From Oscillospiraceae bacterium (GTDB lineage: Bacteria; Bacillota; Clostridia; Oscillospirales; Ruminococcaceae): a stretch of DNA of 64,000 nt. Numbering within the stretch: the stretch's first letter is position 1; every line of letters starts with the position of its first letter. Under the pieces are notes generated by a model. It worked only from the letters and a program-made list of their open reading frames with translations. It was not told where the DNA came from and ran no database searches. The DNA is taken from positions 4,878 to 68,877 of the forward strand of contig JAZQIL010000183.1 of assembly GCA_045541055.1 (NCBI GenBank). The letters run 5' to 3'. Both the position numbers and the translations under genes were made by a program. Positions 15,731-24,170 of this stretch are shown one piece after another.

Positions 15731-17083
15731 TTAATCGTCATCATTCTCATCATCATAATCATCATCGTAATCATCATCGTCTTCGCTGACAGTACCGGCA
15801 TGTCTGGTATAATTTCTCCGGAATTCTTCGGGAACGTTTTCTTCTATAATTGTATCAATGACACCCCAGCTCCATTCTTTGTGCGTACCGCTGGGTGCAT
15901 AGGGAAGGTAATGGTTTTCCACAAGTTCGTCTGTATACATATCATAAGGGTATACACGGACATTTGTCATATCAGAATCATAATGTGTGATAATCGGTGT
16001 CACACCAGCATCTTTAATTGTAATATTGCCTTCGGTATCACGGCAAATATGAAATTCTCCCAGTCCGCCGACTGCATTGAAATTATCTGTCTGACCGGAA
16101 ATGAAATTTCCTAATGAATAAAATACAAAGCCTTGTGTGCCGTCTGCTCTGGTTAAATACTCCATAGACTGGAGTGTGTGAGGCCCTGTGCCAATAATCA
16201 CATCTGCGCCCCAGTCTACCAGCTTCTGAGAAATTTCCTTCACAGAATCTTCAATTTCATGAGTATCTTCTTCGCCCCAGTGCATGGATACCACAACACA
16301 ATCCGTTTGTTCTGCAAGTTCCTGCACCTGTGAACGCATCAGTTCTTCATCTGCCATATACGGAATAATCAGCTCTGTATCTTCCGGCAAAACATAACCG
16401 TTTGTATGGTCTGTATATCCAAGCCAGCCAATTTTTAAGCCTTCTTTTTCTGTAATGCGATAATTATTCATATCTTTCTCATTACGATACGTTCCTAAAA
16501 CAACTACATTTCTGTTAGCTTCCTGAATCTTGTCCCAATAGTCCAGCGTATATTCAATTCCTTCTGTGCCTTTGTCCAGTACATGATTATTCGCCATATT
16601 GAACACATCAAAGCCAATATCTACTAAATTATACCCCAGTTCCACCGGAGAATTGAAATTTAAATTCGAGCCGGATAATTCTAACTTTCCGTCACAAATT
16701 AAAGTTTCCTGATTCACAAATGCTAAATCTGCTGCGGCAATTCTGTTTGCAATGTTCTGATAGCAATAGTGAAAATCATAAACAATTCCGTCTGCTGCAT
16801 ATTTAGAAGCCGTTTTATAAACACAGGTATGAATTAAATTATCTCCCGCTGCAACAACGCTTACTTCTGCCGGCTGAAACAATGGTTCTGTAGGCGGTTC
16901 TGTTTCTGTTGGAATCCCCACTGACTCCATATCAATTACATTATAACTTTCCTTTGTCTTATCCAATGCCGGTGCAGCTGGTGCAGAATAATTCCCTGAC
17001 TGCATCGGAATACTGCTGGAACAGCCAGCAAGCGAAACCATCAAAACAGCTGCTGTCAATATCATTGTTTTACGAAATTTCAT
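15731..17083 (-). CDS. CapA-family (PGA_cap metallophosphatase-like) lipoprotein with a poly-acidic C-terminal tail
   Basis: Lipobox in MKFRKTMILTAAVLMVSLAGCSS. Motifs VVAAGDNLIH, FVNQE, FNMANNH and VSMHWGEE. C-terminus EDDDDYDDDYDDENDDD. An ATG two codons upstream (17089) is an alternative start. Confidence 0.8.
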   Translation of the reverse strand: MKFRKTMILTAAVLMVSLAGCSSSIPMQSGNYSAPAAPALDKTKESYNVIDMESVGIPTETEPPTEPLFQPAEVSVVAAGDNLIHTCVYKTASKYAADGIVYDFHYCYQNIANRIAAADLAFVNQETLICDGKLELSGSNLNFNSPVELGYNLVDIGFDVFNMANNHVLDKGTEGIEYTLDYWDKIQEANRNVVVLGTYRNEKDMNNYRITEKEGLKIGWLGYTDHTNGYVLPEDTELIIPYMADEELMRSQVQELAEQTDCVVVSMHWGEEDTHEIEDSVKEISQKLVDWGADVIIGTGPHTLQSMEYLTRADGTQGFVFYSLGNFISGQTDNFNAVGGLGEFHICRDTEGNITIKDAGVTPIITHYDSDMTNVRVYPYDMYTDELVENHYLPYAPSGTHKEWSWGVIDTIIEENVPEEFRRNYTRHAGTVSEDDDDYDDDYDDENDDD

Positions 17084-17231
17084 ATTCATTTCCCTTCTAA
17101 TTTTGAAAAATTTTAATTATTTATATTATACCACAAATTATGATAAAATGCAACTATTTTTTTCACATTCTTGGCGAAAGAACTGCATAATTTTTAAAAA
17201 GCCGGACATGCTAATTCAGGAGGTGAACCGC

Positions 17232-18680
17232 ATGACAAAAAATCTTTCCGGCACATTGGAAGAAATGCTTGCTGATGTCCGTACTATCTGTGCAAACAGT
17301 TCAGATATTTTAATCAACAGAATTACAATAGGAGGGATTTCCTGTGCTTTACTTGGCTGTGAGGGCATGTTGTCCACTGCCATTATGACAGATTTAATTA
17401 TCCGGCCATTAATAGAAACTCCTCCCCAAAAAGACAGCAATCATTTATTTCAACATATCCAGCAACATTTATTATTATCTCTTGACAGACCTGTTGTCAG
17501 AAACTACGATGATTTATTTTGTTTTTTATACTCTGGCTTTGCAGTACTTCTGGCGGAAGGTCAGAATATTGCCCTTGCCTACGGTGTACAAGGCTATGAT
17601 AAAAAAAGTATCAGCGAACCTTCCGGAGAAGCCAATTTATTCGGCGCACATGACGGCTTAACAGAAACCGTCCGTACAAATATGTCTCTTCTCCGCAGAA
17701 GAATGAAAACGCCCCTCTTGAAATTTGAACTTTCCAAAGCTGGAAAATTAAGTCAGACAGATATTTGTCTTTGCTGGCTGACAGACAGAGTTCCTCCGCA
17801 ATTACTGTTCCAAATTAAAAAAGAATTAACCTCTACTGAACTGGATACAATTCTTTCTACAGGCTATTTACAGCCGTTTCTTGAAAAGTGCAGAGGGAGT
17901 TTGTTTGACAGTGTCAGCTTAAGTCAGCGACCTGATGTCCTTTGTTCAAAACTTCTGGAAGGCAGAGTCATTCTGTTAATAGACGGCACACCATTTGCTT
18001 TGGTCATTCCCAAATTATTTATTGAAAATTTTCAGACTTTAGACGATTATAATCACAAGCCTTACTATGCTGCATTCAGCAGATGGGTGAAATACAGTGC
18101 ATTTTTTATTGCTGTCTTATTACCAGCTTTATATATTGCTGTCAGTATGCACCATCCGGAACTTTTAAACAGCACTTTACTTTTTATCTTAACAGATGCA
18201 GAACAGAAAGCACCTCTTTCACTGCCCACTGAAACAATTTTTGTTTTGCTTATGTATGAAATCATTCGGGAAGCAGGGCTTCGCCTTCCGAAATCTGTCG
18301 GCGGTGCAGTCAGCATTGTATCTGGTTTAATTATTGGTGATGCGGCTGTCAGTTCAGGTCTTATCAGCACACCAATGCTCACCGTCACGGCTATTTCAGT
18401 AATTGCCGGATTTGTGACACCTGATTTAAATGCACCTGTTACAATTATGAGATTATTATTTATTCTGACGGGCGGTTTATGGGGGCTATTTGGAATCGGA
18501 CTGCTTGGCATGGCAATGCTTTATAATCTTTGTGCAACGGAAACATTCGGCTTTCCGGTCACTGCACCATTAGCACCTTTTTACAGCCGTGCCATGCGTG
18601 ATGTCGCTACCAGAGTTAATTTTCACAGAATGCAGCTTGGTAATTTCACTGTGGAGGAATATCATGAGCAAAATTCATAA
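17232..18680 (+). CDS. Spore germination protein, GerA family (A subunit)
   Basis: LLEGRVILLIDGTPFALVIPKLFIENFQTLDDYN and the C-terminal TM block are typical of GerAA/GerKA. Start at the ATG at 17232 after AGGAGG. Confidence 0.85.
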   Translation: MTKNLSGTLEEMLADVRTICANSSDILINRITIGGISCALLGCEGMLSTAIMTDLIIRPLIETPPQKDSNHLFQHIQQHLLLSLDRPVVRNYDDLFCFLYSGFAVLLAEGQNIALAYGVQGYDKKSISEPSGEANLFGAHDGLTETVRTNMSLLRRRMKTPLLKFELSKAGKLSQTDICLCWLTDRVPPQLLFQIKKELTSTELDTILSTGYLQPFLEKCRGSLFDSVSLSQRPDVLCSKLLEGRVILLIDGTPFALVIPKLFIENFQTLDDYNHKPYYAAFSRWVKYSAFFIAVLLPALYIAVSMHHPELLNSTLLFILTDAEQKAPLSLPTETIFVLLMYEIIREAGLRLPKSVGGAVSIVSGLIIGDAAVSSGLISTPMLTVTAISVIAGFVTPDLNAPVTIMRLLFILTGGLWGLFGIGLLGMAMLYNLCATETFGFPVTAPLAPFYSRAMRDVATRVNFHRMQLGNFTVEEYHEQNS

Positions 18681-19683
18681 TCATCAGCTGACTGCAATTT
18701 TATTTCTTTCTGGTGCGTGGTCAGTGATTTGTATCCCCTCACTTTACGGAAACGGGCAAATGACCGGAACAGCTTTCGCCTGTCTGCTTCAAATTTTATT
18801 ATGTCTGCCCATGTTAGCACTTCATTCAGGCACTTTCACAAACCAGATTCAAAAGCATAAATTATTAGGCATTCTTTATATTTTATTTTTCCTGATTTGT
18901 GGTGCAAATGGTTTCGCTCAGTTATGGGAAGCTGCACCGCCTCAGCTTCTGCCCTCTTCCGGAAAATTAACAGCTGCTGTGTTAATCGCTCTGACCTGTT
19001 TTTATACAAGTTCTGCCGGATTAAGAGCCACTGCAAGAGCCGCCCCCATTGTCATGGGATTATTTATCATTTCACTGCTTGTTTTAATTCTAGGAGCTTG
19101 GAAAAGAGCTGATTTAAGCCGTATTTCCTTTCAAACAGAAAACTTTCTCCCCAGTATCAAAACTTATTTTTCTTTAAGCGGTGAACTTGCTGCTGTCTGG
19201 ATTTTAACAGACCATATCCGCAATCATCATAAATTCAGTGCTGTAAATTTCTATTTAATTGCAAAAGCTTTATTTTGCATTTTCATTTTATTTTTCAGTA
19301 TCAGCGCAGGCGGAAGGCTGATTCATTTAAATGGCTATCCATTTTTCACGCTGACAGCCCTTTCCCAGCCTTTACAAGGTCAGAGAGCAGATGCCTTATA
19401 TATTTTAGTATTTGTCATGCTTCACATTATGCATACAACTTTACAAACCGGCATCGTGGAGCATATCGCTGAACAAATGTATCCTATTGCTGAAAAATGG
19501 TCTGCTCCTGTTTCTTTAATCTTCATGTTAATTCCGGCTTACTTCTTTAAAAGTGACATGCTGGAAAATATCATTTTCTGGTCACTGCCAGTTTTTATAT
19601 TTTTCATTCCCCTATACCTCAGAATCCGGCAGTTTTTCCGGAGTATTCAGAAAAAGGAGCAAACGCACTATGAAATGTCTTAA
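18664..19683 (+). CDS. Spore germination protein, B subunit (spore permease family)
   Basis: About 10 predicted TM helices. The ATG at 18664 follows GGAGGA and overlaps the preceding stop. Position is between the A and C subunits. Confidence 0.75.
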   Translation: MSKIHNHQLTAILFLSGAWSVICIPSLYGNGQMTGTAFACLLQILLCLPMLALHSGTFTNQIQKHKLLGILYILFFLICGANGFAQLWEAAPPQLLPSSGKLTAAVLIALTCFYTSSAGLRATARAAPIVMGLFIISLLVLILGAWKRADLSRISFQTENFLPSIKTYFSLSGELAAVWILTDHIRNHHKFSAVNFYLIAKALFCIFILFFSISAGGRLIHLNGYPFFTLTALSQPLQGQRADALYILVFVMLHIMHTTLQTGIVEHIAEQMYPIAEKWSAPVSLIFMLIPAYFFKSDMLENIIFWSLPVFIFFIPLYLRIRQFFRSIQKKEQTHYEMS

Positions 19684-20572
19684 ATTTTTACTGCCTTGTA
19701 TTTGTATATTCTTCACTGGATGCAGTTCTGAAATGATTTCCGACAGACTTTACACACAGTCTGTCGGGTTCACCTGTGACGGGGAAAATTTAAGCTTTTA
19801 CACAGAAGACTTTCATCAAACAGTTTCTTTTCCTGTGGAAGGGGTCAGCATTTCAGAAGTTTTAAGACAGGAAGAAGCCTCTAATGGCGGAAAAGTGTTC
19901 ATTGGGCATACAGAATTATTATGCCTTGACGGTACTTGCACTTTAAATCCGGCAGAAGAATTGCTTTTTGATAACGGTCTTTCCCCTGCCTGCAAAGTCC
20001 TTTATGCGAAACCGGAAGAATTCTTTCAAAATCCGGATAATGCTTCTTTCATTCATGTCATTCGCATGTCAGAACAAAATGGTTTGCTCAGTACAACTGA
20101 ATTAGCTTCCGCTTTAAGCGAATGGCATGGCATCTGGGAAACTGCTTTGCTTCCCATGCAGAAAAAACAGCAAACTGTTCCGGCTTTGGTATTTCTTCAT
20201 AAAGACGGCAATTTTAAAGAATTATCCGATTCTGCTTCCAAAGGCATGTACTGGCTGAGAAGAAATTCCGGCAACTTTCATAAAACCCTTCAAACTCCTG
20301 ACGGCGAAAAAGATATTTTAATCAGAAGCTGCCGTATCGAAAAATCAATTCAGAATCAAGAATTATTTTATCACGTCATTGTCAGAACTGGTACTCCTGC
20401 ATTAAATACACTCCTTCAGGAAGAAATCGAAATGCAATGCCAAGCTGCTATCTTTGAAATGCTTTCCGCTAAAGCAGACGTTATCGGAATGCAGGATTTA
20501 TTTGAAAGTCACGGCATTCAGCCAGATAAAGAAATGAACCTGAAAATCAATTTAACAGTTACTGTAAATTAA
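19670..20572 (+). CDS. Spore germination lipoprotein, Ger(x)C family
   Basis: MKCLKFLLPCICIFFTGCSS lipobox. It is the third gene of the gerA-type operon and overlaps the B-subunit stop. RBS AAGGAG. Confidence 0.75.
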   Translation: MKCLKFLLPCICIFFTGCSSEMISDRLYTQSVGFTCDGENLSFYTEDFHQTVSFPVEGVSISEVLRQEEASNGGKVFIGHTELLCLDGTCTLNPAEELLFDNGLSPACKVLYAKPEEFFQNPDNASFIHVIRMSEQNGLLSTTELASALSEWHGIWETALLPMQKKQQTVPALVFLHKDGNFKELSDSASKGMYWLRRNSGNFHKTLQTPDGEKDILIRSCRIEKSIQNQELFYHVIVRTGTPALNTLLQEEIEMQCQAAIFEMLSAKADVIGMQDLFESHGIQPDKEMNLKINLTVTVN

Positions 20573-21186
20573 AATAATTCTTTTTTCAGATAAACAGAAT
20601 CCTGTTCAGTAATTTTCCGAATCACTTTACAAGGATTTCCAGCTGCAAGCACTCCAGCCGGAATGTCCCTCGTCACAACGCTTCCAGCCCCTATAATAGA
20701 ACCTGCTCCAATTGTCACCCCTCCGCAAATCGTCACATTACTTGCTATCCAGCAATTGTCCCCGATGGTAATCGGCTTCGCATATTCTAAATCATATAAA
20801 TCCCCGTTTTCACGGTATTTCATATTTCTTTCTTCAAAAAGAAATGGGTGCATCGGTGTTGCAAGCGTACAGTTTGGCGCAAAAAATACGTCATTTCCAA
20901 TTTTCACAGGCGCACAGTCCAGCACTGTTAAATTAAAATTCGCAAAACATCTGTCCCCAAACCATGTGAATTCCCCATAATCAAACTGTATCGGTGACTG
21001 TAAATACAATTCCTTCCCAGCATGTGGAATTAACTCTTTTAAAATTTGCGCTCTTTTCTCGAATTCGTCTTCATAAGTATCATTATAATCTTTTGAAAGT
21101 TTATGTGCCTTTCTTCTCATCAAAGTAAGTTCTTCCCCAGAAGCATCATAAAGCTTTCCAGCAATCATTTTTTCCTTTTCAGTCAT
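20569..21186 (-). CDS. maa: Maltose/galactoside O-acetyltransferase (hexapeptide-repeat family)
   Basis: N-terminus MTEKEKMIAGKLYDA and IGDNCWIASNVTICGGVTIGAGSIIGAGSVVTRDIPAGVLAAGNPCKVIR. Start at 21186 follows GGAAGGAG. The longer ORF-track start would overlap the upstream terminator. Confidence 0.85.
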   Translation of the reverse strand: MTEKEKMIAGKLYDASGEELTLMRRKAHKLSKDYNDTYEDEFEKRAQILKELIPHAGKELYLQSPIQFDYGEFTWFGDRCFANFNLTVLDCAPVKIGNDVFFAPNCTLATPMHPFLFEERNMKYRENGDLYDLEYAKPITIGDNCWIASNVTICGGVTIGAGSIIGAGSVVTRDIPAGVLAAGNPCKVIRKITEQDSVYLKKELF

Positions 21187-21202
21187 TTCAAAAACTCCTT
21201 CC

Positions 21203-21233
21203 AAAAAAGACACCCCAGAAAGTCCGGAGTGTC
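21203..21233 (-). terminator. Intrinsic terminator after the zinc-ribbon/Sel1-like gene
   Basis: On the minus strand, GACACUCC/GGGGUGUC hairpin (one G-U pair) followed by UUUUUU. Confidence 0.5.
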
Positions 21234-21242
21234 TGAAACTAT

Positions 21243-22292
21243 TTATTTCTGGTTCATGGTATACTTAATATGTTCAATAGCCGCCTGTGCATAATCATTC
21301 ACTTTTTCGGAGCTATTTGCATCAAGGGCTTTCTGATACCATTCTAAAGCCTTTTCCGGCTGCGCTCTCATACCGCCGCTGCCGTTCAGATAAATTTCAC
21401 CAATGGCAAGCTGTGACAATACCAAACCTCTGTTAGAAGCTTCTGTATGCCATGCAATCGCTCTGTCAGGATTCTGTGGGAATGGATATGTTCCATTCTT
21501 GTAGCTGTCTGCTACTTGGAACATAACATGCAGCAGCACTTCACGTTCTTTCTGTTCAAGTGTGTCAATCTGCCCTTTAATTTCACGGAGGAAACTCAGC
21601 ATACTAATCATGTAATTCTTTGTTCTGGGCTTGCCTAAGAATGTCCAGCTTCCCATTTCGTCCATTTCGGAAACGGTGAAAATTGCATAGTCTACTAAAT
21701 CGTCCAGATTATCACGAACTGGTGCAGGTGCAGGCTTGGGAGCTTCTGCCTGCTGTACCTTTTCCGGAGGCGGAAGTGTAGATGCTAAAGAAGATGTTTC
21801 AGCTGCCGGAGCTTCTTCGGGAGCTGGTGCAGGTGCAGGCTTTGGCGCATTTACTTTTTCAGTTGTATGTGCTTTTTCCATGCGTTCATAAACCAGATTG
21901 TCTTTTGCATTTGTAATCTGATTCATCAATTCTCTGTAACGAGCCTGTCTTCTTTCATCTCCTAAGAAACTTGCACGGCGTTCCTGCATGAGAATATAAT
22001 CCAGCATATGAATGCATCTTTCCATAGGTTCAATTGCTTCCATTTTCGGTGCCATGTAAGCAATTTTTTCAACGATGATAGAATATAAGAACATAGATTT
22101 TTCCATATGTCTGTTATGTTCTTCACTTGTGCCGAGTCTGCCCTGACGGTATTCTTCGTCAGCGAGTTCTTTGAGCTTATCCACGCTCATTTTATCTGTG
22201 CCTTTGCGCCACTGATGTGCGCCGCAGTTTTTGCAGCTAATCTGATTATTTGCCAGTCTTGCGCCGCAGCTGTAACAAACTTTCTGTGCCAT
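21243..22292 (-). CDS. Hypothetical protein: N-terminal zinc ribbon, Pro/Ala-rich spacer, C-terminal Sel1/TPR-like repeat
   Basis: CYSCGARLANNQISCKNCG (CxxC-N10-CxxC), KPAPAPAP stretches, and AIAWHTEASNRGLVLSQLAIGEIYLNGSGGMRAQPEKALEWYQKA, which resembles a Sel1 repeat. Confidence 0.6.
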   Translation of the reverse strand: MAQKVCYSCGARLANNQISCKNCGAHQWRKGTDKMSVDKLKELADEEYRQGRLGTSEEHNRHMEKSMFLYSIIVEKIAYMAPKMEAIEPMERCIHMLDYILMQERRASFLGDERRQARYRELMNQITNAKDNLVYERMEKAHTTEKVNAPKPAPAPAPEEAPAAETSSLASTLPPPEKVQQAEAPKPAPAPVRDNLDDLVDYAIFTVSEMDEMGSWTFLGKPRTKNYMISMLSFLREIKGQIDTLEQKEREVLLHVMFQVADSYKNGTYPFPQNPDRAIAWHTEASNRGLVLSQLAIGEIYLNGSGGMRAQPEKALEWYQKALDANSSEKVNDYAQAAIEHIKYTMNQK

Positions 22293-22355
22293 ATTTTGGA
22301 CTCCTTTACATAGGATACGTAAAAAACGTTGTACCCTGAAAATTTTATTATTTTA

Positions 22356-22384
22356 ATTATAACACAGCTACCGAAAAATTGCAA
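22356..22384 (-). promoter_or_regulatory. Sigma-A-type promoter of the zinc-ribbon/Sel1-like gene
   Basis: On the minus strand, TTGCAA (22384-22379), 17-nt spacer, TATAAT (22361-22356). Confidence 0.5.
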
Positions 22385-22445
22385 TCCCCTAAATAGATTT
22401 TGTAAATTTCACACAAAAGAAAATTCTGTTTTTCAGCATAATTTA

Positions 22446-22476
22446 CAAAAAAATCTGCTTCCCTGAGCAAAGCAGA
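22446..22476 (-). terminator. Intrinsic terminator after the 541-aa LRR-dockerin gene
   Basis: On the minus strand, CTGCTT/AAGCAG hairpin (22455-22475) followed by AUUUUUUU. Confidence 0.55.
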
Positions 22477-22491
22477 GGAGCAGAGGGGATT

Positions 22492-24117
22492 TTAAGCGTT
22501 AAAGTCCGTAATGATACCAACAATATATTTCAGGAGGGTGAGTGCTTCATCAGAATCGGGCTTGCCGTTGCCGTTAAAGTCGATTGCTTTCAAGCCGTTT
22601 TCTGAGAGGTTTTCTTTTCCGAGGATAGCCTTATTGATGGTGATAACGTCTAAGATGTCAATTTCTCCGTTTCCGTCAGCGTCACCTTGTTTGAGTTCTT
22701 CTGTTTTGGGTTCTGAGCCGATTAACTCAAATTTCCGGTTATATTTTTCAGCGTATGCCTGAGCGGTGGAATTTTCATAGCCGTAGATTGTACCGTCAAA
22801 TGTAAGTACAGTAAAACCATTTTCATATTTAAAGCTATTATAAATGCTATCATTCTGAGTACTTTCAATTTCACAGTCAGGATTTTCAAAAGTGACAGCC
22901 TTTAAATCAGGGCAGGAAACAAATGTTAATCCGCCAACTTTTGTCACTGATTTTGGAATGGTCACAGAGGTTAAGTTAGAACACTGAAAAGCATGTACAC
23001 CAATTCTTGTAACACTTTCCGGAATGGTGATTTCTTTTAAAAGACAACTGCTAAAAGAACCAGCCTGAATATTTGTCACAGAATCCGGAATAGTATAGGA
23101 ATCGCCTTCTTTTCCGCAGGGATAGCTAATCAATTCCGTCTTGTCCTTATTGAACAGTACACCATTTTCACTGGAAAGACCTGTATTATTTTCTGAAACA
23201 TGTATTTCCTTTAGATTAAGGCAATTCACGAAAGCATGTACGGCAATACCATATGAAGTCCCCCCTGTTATAGCTATAGTATAAGCTACATACACAGGGT
23301 ATCTGGTAGTCCAAAATATATCGCCTGAAACTTTTGTGATTGTATCTGGAATGGTAACAGAAGTTAAATTCTGGCAATTTTGAAAAGCTGAAGTTTGAAC
23401 TGATTGCACACTGTCAGGAATCCTATATTCTGTTCTCTCACTATTTGGCGGATAAAACAGCAATTCTGTTTTATCTTTGCTGAATAAGACACCATCTTCA
23501 CTTGCGTAAACAGGATTATTTTCAGAAACTTTCACAGAAGCCAGCACGGAATCAACAAATGTATCAGCAAATGCAGTATTACTGATAAATATCACACTGT
23601 CTGGAATTGTCACAGAAGTTAATTTAGAACTAGTAAGTGCTTTACTGCTGATTCTTTTTACAGTATCCGGAATAATGACATCTCCTGTACAGGCTGAACC
23701 ATCAATTAAAATTCCATTCACAATAACAAAAGGATTTTCTTCTTGTTTCGCTTTCAGCCACGGAGTACCAAAAAAAGCTCCTGCTTCAATGGTTGTGATA
23801 CTGTCTGGAAATGTAACAGAAATCAGGTTAGAACAGCGGGAAAAAGCATTCCAGCCAATTTTTGTAACAGGCAACCCATCAATTTCTGCTGGAATTATAA
23901 TTTCTGTCACAGAAGTATCTTTCACACCAGAAATCCAGATACTTTCTATCCGCTCATTTTCAATAGTGCGTTCCCATTGCTTAGAGTAATTGAAAAGTTC
24001 TGTACTATCTTCTGCACTTGCTTCAATGCAAGCACTTTCCTGAACAGGAAGCACAGGAAGAACTGACCCCACCATGCATAAAGCAGATACAAAAGCAAGT
24101 ATTTTTTTCATTTTCAC
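22492..24117 (-). CDS. Secreted BspA-type leucine-rich-repeat protein with a C-terminal dockerin
   Basis: Signal peptide MKMKKILAFVSALCMVGSVLPVLP. Repeated IP.SVT.I...AF..C..LTSVTIP units (LRR_5-like). Dockerin: GDADGNGEIDILDVITINKAILGKENL...FNGNGKPDSDEALTLLKYIVGII. GTG start 7 nt after AGGAGG; an ATG two codons downstream is the alternative. Confidence 0.85.
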   Translation of the reverse strand: MKMKKILAFVSALCMVGSVLPVLPVQESACIEASAEDSTELFNYSKQWERTIENERIESIWISGVKDTSVTEIIIPAEIDGLPVTKIGWNAFSRCSNLISVTFPDSITTIEAGAFFGTPWLKAKQEENPFVIVNGILIDGSACTGDVIIPDTVKRISSKALTSSKLTSVTIPDSVIFISNTAFADTFVDSVLASVKVSENNPVYASEDGVLFSKDKTELLFYPPNSERTEYRIPDSVQSVQTSAFQNCQNLTSVTIPDTITKVSGDIFWTTRYPVYVAYTIAITGGTSYGIAVHAFVNCLNLKEIHVSENNTGLSSENGVLFNKDKTELISYPCGKEGDSYTIPDSVTNIQAGSFSSCLLKEITIPESVTRIGVHAFQCSNLTSVTIPKSVTKVGGLTFVSCPDLKAVTFENPDCEIESTQNDSIYNSFKYENGFTVLTFDGTIYGYENSTAQAYAEKYNRKFELIGSEPKTEELKQGDADGNGEIDILDVITINKAILGKENLSENGLKAIDFNGNGKPDSDEALTLLKYIVGIITDFNA

Positions 24118-24130
24118 ACATTTTCCTCCT

Positions 24131-24159
24131 AAAAAATAAGCCCTGCCGAAACAGGGCTT
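24131..24159 (-). terminator. Intrinsic terminator after pck
   Basis: On the minus strand, AAGCCCUG/CAGGGCUU hairpin followed by AUUUUUU. Confidence 0.65.
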
Positions 24160-24170
24160 TTTATGAAAAA

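Noticed and set aside
15461-16114. A 217-aa plus-strand ORF spanning the scaffoldin promoter region and the 3' end of the CapA gene.
   Set aside because: The translation is low-complexity (an IIIIIVIIIV stretch mirrors the poly-Asp tail). It overlaps a well-supported minus-strand CDS and has no RBS.
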